From an uncultured Candidatus Rokubacteria bacterium (GTDB taxonomy: Bacteria; Methylomirabilota; Methylomirabilia; Rokubacteriales; DASRDR01): DNA of 64,000 nt. The notes beneath the pieces are model-generated. The model made no database searches and had not been told where the DNA came from. It saw only the letters and a list, made by a program, of their open reading frames with translations. Positions 58,526 through 64,000 of the stretch are shown here, in pieces (within the stretch, counting starts at the first letter, position 1; every line of letters starts with the position of its first letter). The position numbers were made by a program, and so were the translations under genes. The stretch spans positions 512,001 to 576,000 of the forward strand of contig CAVPSB010000013.1 of assembly GCA_963708025.1 (NCBI GenBank), given 5' to 3'.

Positions 58526-58900
58526 ATGCAGACGCGCGTCGACGAGATCGCCGAGGGGATCTACCGGCTCTCGACATTTCTCCCCGCGGGCGGCCCGAGC
58601 GGGTTCACGTTCAACCAGTTCCTGGTGGATGCCGAGGAGCCGCTGCTGTTCCACTGCGGCCAGCGCGCGCTGTTCTCGTCGGTCTCTCAGGCGGTGGGCC
58701 GCGTGATGGACGTGCGCCAGCTGCGCTGGATCGCCTTCAGTCACGTCGAGGCCGACGAGTGCGGCGCACTGGCCGAGTGGCTCGCCGCCGCGCCCGCCGC
58801 GACGGTCACCCACGGCGCGATCGGCTGCGCCATCTGGCTGAACGACCAGTCGCCACGGCCCCCGCGGGCGCTGGCGAATGCCCTCCACGGATTGCACAGA
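58526..58900 (+). pseudogene. Truncated MBL-fold (ODP/flavodiiron-like) protein
   Basis: MQTRVDEIAEGIYRL..FTFNQFL..PLLFHCG..FSHVEADECG; similarity stops after RPPRALA. Confidence 0.75.
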
Positions 58901-58950
58901 CATCACGGCCGCGCCGTATGTGGCGGGGTGGCGCGTGCTAGACTCCGGGC

Positions 58951-59403
58951 ATGGAGCCTGCGACCGACACGCTGGTGGAGCGCGTCCGGCGCGCGCTGGC
59001 CGGCGTTCATGGCATCCGCGTCGGGTATCTCTTCGGCTCGCGCGTGGCCGGCCGGCCGCGGGCCGACAGCGATCTCGACCTCGCGGTGCTGTTCGACCCG
59101 AGCCTGGACGCCGGCGCGCGGTTGCGCGTCGAGCTGGACATCGTCGCCGCCCTGACCGATGCGCTCGGGACGGTGGGCGAACGCACCGACGTCGTCAACC
59201 TCGGCCGGGCCGGCAGCGGCGTCGCCTTCCGGGCGATCCGCGACGGACAGTGTGTGTTCGAGCGCGATCGGGCCGAGCGGGTGCGGCTCGTCGCCCGCAC
59301 CGCGCGGCGCTACGACGAGGACGCGCCGCGCCGGGAGCTCACCCGACGGGCGGCCATCCGAGCCGCACGTCGGCTGGGAGCCGAAGCCCCTGGTCGACCG
59401 TGA
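58951..59403 (+). CDS. mntA: MNT nucleotidyltransferase antitoxin (type VII TA)
   Basis: LFGS-X10-DLD (GSRVAGRPRADSDLD). Confidence 0.88.
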   Translation: MEPATDTLVERVRRALAGVHGIRVGYLFGSRVAGRPRADSDLDLAVLFDPSLDAGARLRVELDIVAALTDALGTVGERTDVVNLGRAGSGVAFRAIRDGQCVFERDRAERVRLVARTARRYDEDAPRRELTRRAAIRAARRLGAEAPGRP

Positions 59404-59815
59404 CGCGGTCGCCCGGCGGCTTCTGATCCTCGACGAGTCGCTCCGTCACATCCGCGAGCGACCGCCCGGCGACGCCCGCTCGCTGGCGAGCGCCCCGGAG
59501 CGCCGGGCCGCCCTGGAACGCTGGCTTCAGGTCGCGATCGAGGCGTGCATCGACGTCGCCTACCATGTCATCGCCGACCGCGGCTGGACGCCACCTGACA
59601 CCGCCCGGGAGGCCTTCGCGGCGCTCGCCGCCCATGGCCTGCTCGACGCCGACCTGGCGGCCCGGCTGGGGCTGGCGGCCGGTCTGCGCAACGTCCTGGT
59701 CCACGACTACGTGAGCGTCGACCTGGAGCGGCTCGTTCAGGCCCTGCGGAACGGCCTGGCCGACCTGTCGGCGTTCGGGGCGGCGGCCGCCCGGTGGCTG
59801 GAGGAGACCCCGTGA
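59390..59815 (+). CDS. hepT: HepT/DUF86 HEPN RNase toxin; apparent CTG start
   Basis: ERWLQVAIEACID, GLRNVLVHDY (RX4HXY). Confidence 0.85.
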   Translation: MVDRDAVARRLLILDESLRHIRERPPGDARSLASAPERRAALERWLQVAIEACIDVAYHVIADRGWTPPDTAREAFAALAAHGLLDADLAARLGLAAGLRNVLVHDYVSVDLERLVQALRNGLADLSAFGAAAARWLEETP

Positions 59816-59898
59816 CTGCCGCCGGCGGCGGCGCGGTCACGGGTTGGCCGTGACGAGCGCCAGGTCCATGCCGGCGGCGGCCGCGGGGGCGAACCGCC

Positions 59899-60969
59899 TC
59901 AGGCGCCGGCCCGCCCGGGCAAGACCACGCAGCCAGCCGGGTTCTTCAGCTCGACGACCACGCGGGTGCCCACCGCGAGCCGGGCGGCGCCGGCCTCGCG
60001 CATCGCGACGACCCTGAGCGGGTGATCGCGCCCCACGTCGACCTCGTACTCGGTGGTCGCGCCCGCGTGCTTGACGAAGGCCAGGGTTCCCGGCCACCCG
60101 GGGCGGCCGGGCTCCGCGCTGACCGCCAGGTGCTCGGGCCGGATAGCCACGGTCACCGGCCCGGTCTTCACGGTGGGCAGCGCGATCGCGGGGCCCAGCT
60201 CGACCCGGCCACCGGTCGCGACGCCCTCGATCAGGTTCGAGCGCCCGACGAAGTCGGCGACGTAGGCGCTGGCCGGCCGGTCATAGATCTCGAGCGGACT
60301 CCCCACCTGCGTGATCAGCCCCGCCTGCATCACCGCGATCCGGTCGGAGAGCGTGAGCGCCTCGTCCTGGTCGTGGGTGACGAAGACCGTGGTGATGCCG
60401 AGGCGCTGGACGAGCTTCTTGAGGTCGACCTGCATCGCCTCCCGGAGCTTGGCGTCGAGAGCCCCGAAGGGCTCGTCGAGGAGCAGGACCTGCGGCTCGA
60501 GGACCAGCGCCCGGGCCAGCGCCACGCGCTGCTGCTGACCTCCGGAGAGCTGGCCTGGCCACCGCTCGGCCAGCGCCTCGAGCTCGACCAGGGCGAGGGC
60601 CGCGCGGACGCGCCGGCCGATCTCCTCCCGCCGGGCCCGGCGCACGCGGAGCCCGTAGGCCACGTTGCCGAACACGGTCATGTGCGGGAAGAGCGCGTAG
60701 TGCTGGAAGACCATCCCGACCTGCCGGCGGTTGGCCGGCACCCACGTCACGTCCCGGCCGCCGATCGAGACCGAGCCGGCGTCGGGGCTCACCAGGCCCG
60801 CGATCACCCGCAGGAGCGTCGTCTTGCCGCAGCCCGACGGCCCGAGCAGCGTCATCACCTCGCCCTGCCGGACGTCGAGCGCGCAGCCCCGCAGGACGGG
60901 CAGCGTCCCGAAGGCCTTGTCGACGCCCCGGAGCTGGACGCGGGGAACAGCCGGGTCGGCTTCGCTCAT
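59899..60969 (-). CDS. ABC transporter ATP-binding protein (PotA-like)
   Basis: GPSGCGKTT, LSGGQQQRV, LLDEP. Confidence 0.95.
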   Translation of the reverse strand: MSEADPAVPRVQLRGVDKAFGTLPVLRGCALDVRQGEVMTLLGPSGCGKTTLLRVIAGLVSPDAGSVSIGGRDVTWVPANRRQVGMVFQHYALFPHMTVFGNVAYGLRVRRARREEIGRRVRAALALVELEALAERWPGQLSGGQQQRVALARALVLEPQVLLLDEPFGALDAKLREAMQVDLKKLVQRLGITTVFVTHDQDEALTLSDRIAVMQAGLITQVGSPLEIYDRPASAYVADFVGRSNLIEGVATGGRVELGPAIALPTVKTGPVTVAIRPEHLAVSAEPGRPGWPGTLAFVKHAGATTEYEVDVGRDHPLRVVAMREAGAARLAVGTRVVVELKNPAGCVVLPGRAGA

Positions 60970-61280
60970 CGCGGCTCCCGCGGCCCCGGCGCCTCCACCC
61001 CGGCCAGTCGGCCGGTCGGCGCCCCCCACGCCAGGCCGAGCCCCGCCGGCCCCCCCCGGCGACGGCCCGCGCCGCGACCTCGCTCGCCAGGGCCAGGAGC
61101 GCCGGGTCGTCCGCGGCGTCGTCATCGAAGGCCGGGAGGAGGACGCGGGTCTCCTCGCGGCTGGGCGCGAACAGGTCCATGCGGGCGGCCAGCACGAGGA
61201 GGCCCCCGCGGTCCCGCGCCGCGAAGACCTCGCTGGTGTCCACGACCACGGACGGCGCGGTTCTCCCGGGAAGGTATCGC
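60966..61280 (-). pseudogene. Probable PfkB kinase fragment
   Basis: VVDTSE...DLFAPSREET resembles AFLPSRAEV in the 38035-38985 kinase. Confidence 0.45.
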
Positions 61281-61281
61281 A

Positions 61282-61622
61282 TTAGCCAAATGCGGCGGCC
61301 AGACCTGCACGACAGACCTCCGCGATCTCTTGCGGAGATATGGGCCGACCGGCTCTCTCCGCTACGCGAGCGGCTGCCCGCACGGCGTCAAAAGCCGGTG
61401 AGGAGACTTGTCTGACCGTAGCGCGAAGCGCCCGCCTGGCGTTCGCATGAAGCACTCCAGAGATGTTTTCAGTCCAGATCCTCTGCAGGTCTTCCAGCGC
61501 CCTTCCGAAGGTGACGAGTGTATCGTGAAGATAGAGGACATTATCAGCACCAGCTCACCGCGATAGGGTCGCAACGCGTTGACCAGGCGTGCGAACGCGG
61601 CAGACTCATCGGCCGGGCTCAT
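61282..61622 (-). pseudogene. Internally deleted AbiEii/GSU2403-like nucleotidyltransferase toxin
   Basis: N-terminal FARLVNALRPYRGELVLI joined near 61542 to out-of-frame C-terminal D.VLYLHDTL..FG..L..L...W...AAAFG*. Confidence 0.65.
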
Positions 61623-62842
61623 GCGGGTGCTTGCTTCAACAGCGAGGCGAGTGCCCGCCGCCAGATCTCCTTCGCCTGACTAGCTCCACGGGACGGATGA
61701 TTAGCGACGTCAAGCCAGACTTGAATGACATCGCAGACCGGAAGCTCGTTCCGGACCACGGTCGCGCGGAAGACAGATTCGCGAAAGGGTGGAACACGAA
61801 CGAACACATCGGCGCGTTGGCCGGCACGGGCGGGGGCAAGTCCCAGTGACTCCAGAGCGGGCGGATCTAGCCTCTCCAGATAGAGATGAGGGGCGACCCC
61901 ACGAACGAAACCGAACCCGAGAACGTCAGCGGCGGCGAAGAGCCCCAGACAGATGCGGGGGCGCGGCACCGCTCGGTTTGCTCGGCGGTCCCGGGACACA
62001 GCCAATTCCCACTTCTTCAGGTAGGCTCGAACGGCATCCGAGAGCTGCCTTTCTTGGTCCCCAGGGATTACCCAGCGCATCGACAGCTCCCGGGCGGGCC
62101 TGAGACTTGCGGCTCGCCAGCGTTCGAAGAGTGCCTCGACGTTGACGAGGCGCAGGACACCGGACTGCTCGTGAAGGAATCCTTCTGCCCTGAGCAGGCT
62201 GACCAGGCGGAACGCGCTCATGAGAGACACACGTGCTGCTTTTGCGAGGTCCGAGACGCTCTCAAGTTGTTGGCGGGGGGCTTGTAGGAGGTTCTCGGGG
62301 ATCCGTGAAGCCAGCAATATCTTCAGCATCCACTGGTTCAGGTCGGAGAAGAGATGTAGCTGGGGCGCAAGGTGCGGCTGAAGGACGGACTGCTTCGGGC
62401 GGGCAGCGGAGGAGTTCAGTGATTCCAGTTCGTGGCCGACAAAGATCCGTGATCCCTCTAGATCCATGATTCCAATGGCGACATCGGGGGCCACTTGGGC
62501 GGCAAAGGCCCGAATGTCATCGATAAGCGATTGCGATAGCCGGGGAGCACCGATGATGGCCAGGGGCAGGGGGCTCGGTGAGACGTCAGCCTTCGAGGCG
62601 GCAGCTTTGGCTTGAAGGATGGCCTGCGAAAGAAGGGGGATCAATCGATCGCGGCGAGCCTCAGGCGAACTCTTGATCTCGACGACGTACTGGCGACTAC
62701 CTTGATGGACAAGGAAGTCCGGACTGAACTCGACGATGCGTCGCTGGGGGGCGACGTGCCAGCCGGCGCGACGGAACGCGTCAACGACGGCGCGCTTGAG
62801 TGATGACTCGCGAAGCAAACGCCTGCCCGAGGGCGGTCCCAT
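61619..62842 (-). CDS. AbiEi-like type IV antitoxin/regulator with N-terminal PD-(D/E)xK-like domain and HTH
   Basis: PDFLV..VVEIKS; SVSDLAKAARVSLMSA; DVIQVWLDV..PSRG..QA; lower GC; ATGA overlap with the toxin. Confidence 0.7.
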   Translation of the reverse strand: MGPPSGRRLLRESSLKRAVVDAFRRAGWHVAPQRRIVEFSPDFLVHQGSRQYVVEIKSSPEARRDRLIPLLSQAILQAKAAASKADVSPSPLPLAIIGAPRLSQSLIDDIRAFAAQVAPDVAIGIMDLEGSRIFVGHELESLNSSAARPKQSVLQPHLAPQLHLFSDLNQWMLKILLASRIPENLLQAPRQQLESVSDLAKAARVSLMSAFRLVSLLRAEGFLHEQSGVLRLVNVEALFERWRAASLRPARELSMRWVIPGDQERQLSDAVRAYLKKWELAVSRDRRANRAVPRPRICLGLFAAADVLGFGFVRGVAPHLYLERLDPPALESLGLAPARAGQRADVFVRVPPFRESVFRATVVRNELPVCDVIQVWLDVANHPSRGASQAKEIWRRALASLLKQAPA

Positions 62843-62861
62843 GAGCTCTCGTTGCCTTTCC

Positions 62862-62909
62862 CATGGCCATGATGACAACCACGGCCATGATAATTAACAC
62901 GGCCATGGT
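62862..62909. promoter_or_regulatory. Three CAYGGCCATGRT boxes at 18-bp period
   Basis: Copies at 62862, 62880 and 62898, upstream of the AbiEi-like gene. Confidence 0.65.
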
Positions 62910-63067
62910 AAGGCGCTGGCTCTCCATCCGTCAAGTAGTCGGCGGGCCGTTATGCTTTGCCGTTCGGGAAGTCGTTGAGATCCCTCAGGATTACCTGACG
63001 ACCACCGCCGTGAGAACGGGCTTCAGAATCGACCCCGAGATACAGAAGCGGCTCCGCGATTTGACCC

Positions 63068-63111
63068 TCGGTGGACACCTGAAGTCGTGGACGGGTCAAA
63101 GTCGGCCAGTG
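63068..63111. mobile_element. Degenerate IS21-type terminal repeat
   Basis: GTGGACACCTGAA-GTCGTGGACGGGTCAAAGTCGGCCAGT resembles reiterated IS21-family end repeats; no transposase nearby. Confidence 0.4.
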
Positions 63112-63145
63112 GTGAGCGCCCCAAACACGAAGGTTCTAACCTCCG

Positions 63146-64000
63146 TCAGGCGCCGAGCTCCCGGTCGAAGCGGTCCACGATCTGGCCGCGGACGGGGACG
63201 ATCTTGGTCCAGTCGACGGTCTCGAGCCGCAGGACCTCCTCCGGCGTGGACGGCGTGTAGGGCTTGGCGGCGTCGGGAACGGCCACGCCCTTGACGGTAG
63301 GGCCGAAGTAGTAAGGTCGGTCGGCGGCGAACGCCTGGTACTCGGTGCTCAGGATCCCGTCCAGCCACTCGTTGACCAGCTCCGGATGGCGCGTCCGGCT
63401 GATCGCCGAGAAGAAGGAGATGATGGCGACCGGACCGGGGGCGGGCTTCACGAACCGGATCGGCATCCCCTTCTCGGCCAGCGCGGCGGCGTCGTTGTTC
63501 CAGAGCGGCGCCACGCCGATCTCGGCCCGCTCCATGAGCTGCGCGAGCGCGGTCGGCGTCCGCCCCACCACCGGCTTCAGCTCCTTGGTCTTGGCGAAGG
63601 CGGGATCGAGCCGGTCCTCGCCGCCCCCGAAGATCTTGGCGACGATGGCGAGGTAGCCGAGGCCGAGGTTCGACGACGCGCGCGGGATGCCGACGAGCCC
63701 CTTGTACTCCGGGCGCCACAGATCGGCCCAGCCGGCGGGCGGGGTCTTCACGAGCTGGGTGTTGTAGGCGAGCCCGATCAAGGAGTAAGTGGCCGGCACC
63801 CCGTAGCCCTGGCTCTTCCGGACGAACTCGGGGTACACGTTCTTGTAGTTCGGGATCTTCTCGGGCTCCACCTTCTGGATGTACTCCTCCTTGATCCCGA
63901 TGAGGTGGGGCGGCTCGCCGTTGGGCATGGCGTCGTAGGGACTGTATCCCTGGGCGGCCTTGATCTGCGCCACGATGTCCTGCGACTCGCTCGGCACCAG
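63146..64000 (-). CDS. ABC substrate-binding protein (PotD-like), 5' end outside the window
   Basis: KIPNY, GLAYN..V..PP..W.DLW.PEYKG. Confidence 0.9.
   Translation of the reverse strand: MVPSESQDIVAQIKAAQGYSPYDAMPNGEPPHLIGIKEEYIQKVEPEKIPNYKNVYPEFVRKSQGYGVPATYSLIGLAYNTQLVKTPPAGWADLWRPEYKGLVGIPRASSNLGLGYLAIVAKIFGGGEDRLDPAFAKTKELKPVVGRTPTALAQLMERAEIGVAPLWNNDAAALAEKGMPIRFVKPAPGPVAIISFFSAISRTRHPELVNEWLDGILSTEYQAFAADRPYYFGPTVKGVAVPDAAKPYTPSTPEEVLRLETVDWTKIVPVRGQIVDRFDRELGA

Noticed and set aside
57900-59815. Integron cassette array
   Set aside because: No intI and no recurring attC-like sites between the genes.

Overview
High-GC (roughly 70%) bacterial chromosomal segment. The gene-family expansions (DZR-cyclase-STAND-TPR proteins, a multi-GAF kinase, a solitary ABC_sub_bind protein, DUF222-HNH) suggest a soil lineage such as Ca. 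Rokubacteria/Methylomirabilota, which is an inference. Many single-base frameshifts look like long-read indel errors, so several genes are reconstructed across frames. The window is mostly catabolic and transport genes: three ABC systems, a copper amine oxidase, a nucleoside hydrolase, two PuuE-like genes, a PfkB kinase, amidohydrolases and a CoA-transferase. It also holds signalling genes, four toxin-antitoxin loci, small palindromic/MITE-like elements and many gene stumps. Most notable observations: (1) a small exported protein (33006-33539, sigma54-like promoter) carrying five hallmark motifs of planctomycete DUF1559/prepilin proteins in scrambled order; (2) a ~2,390-aa histidine kinase with 12 GAF units joined by a conserved DNA linker, coupled to a receiver protein and a REC-cyclase; (3) a structured MITE-like insert with a 7-bp target duplication at an ATGA gene junction; (4) a minus-strand ABC/PfkB/PuuE operon broken up by inserts, where TA antitoxins are intact but toxins are deleted or lack an ATG. 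No rRNA, tRNA or CRISPR array was recognised.
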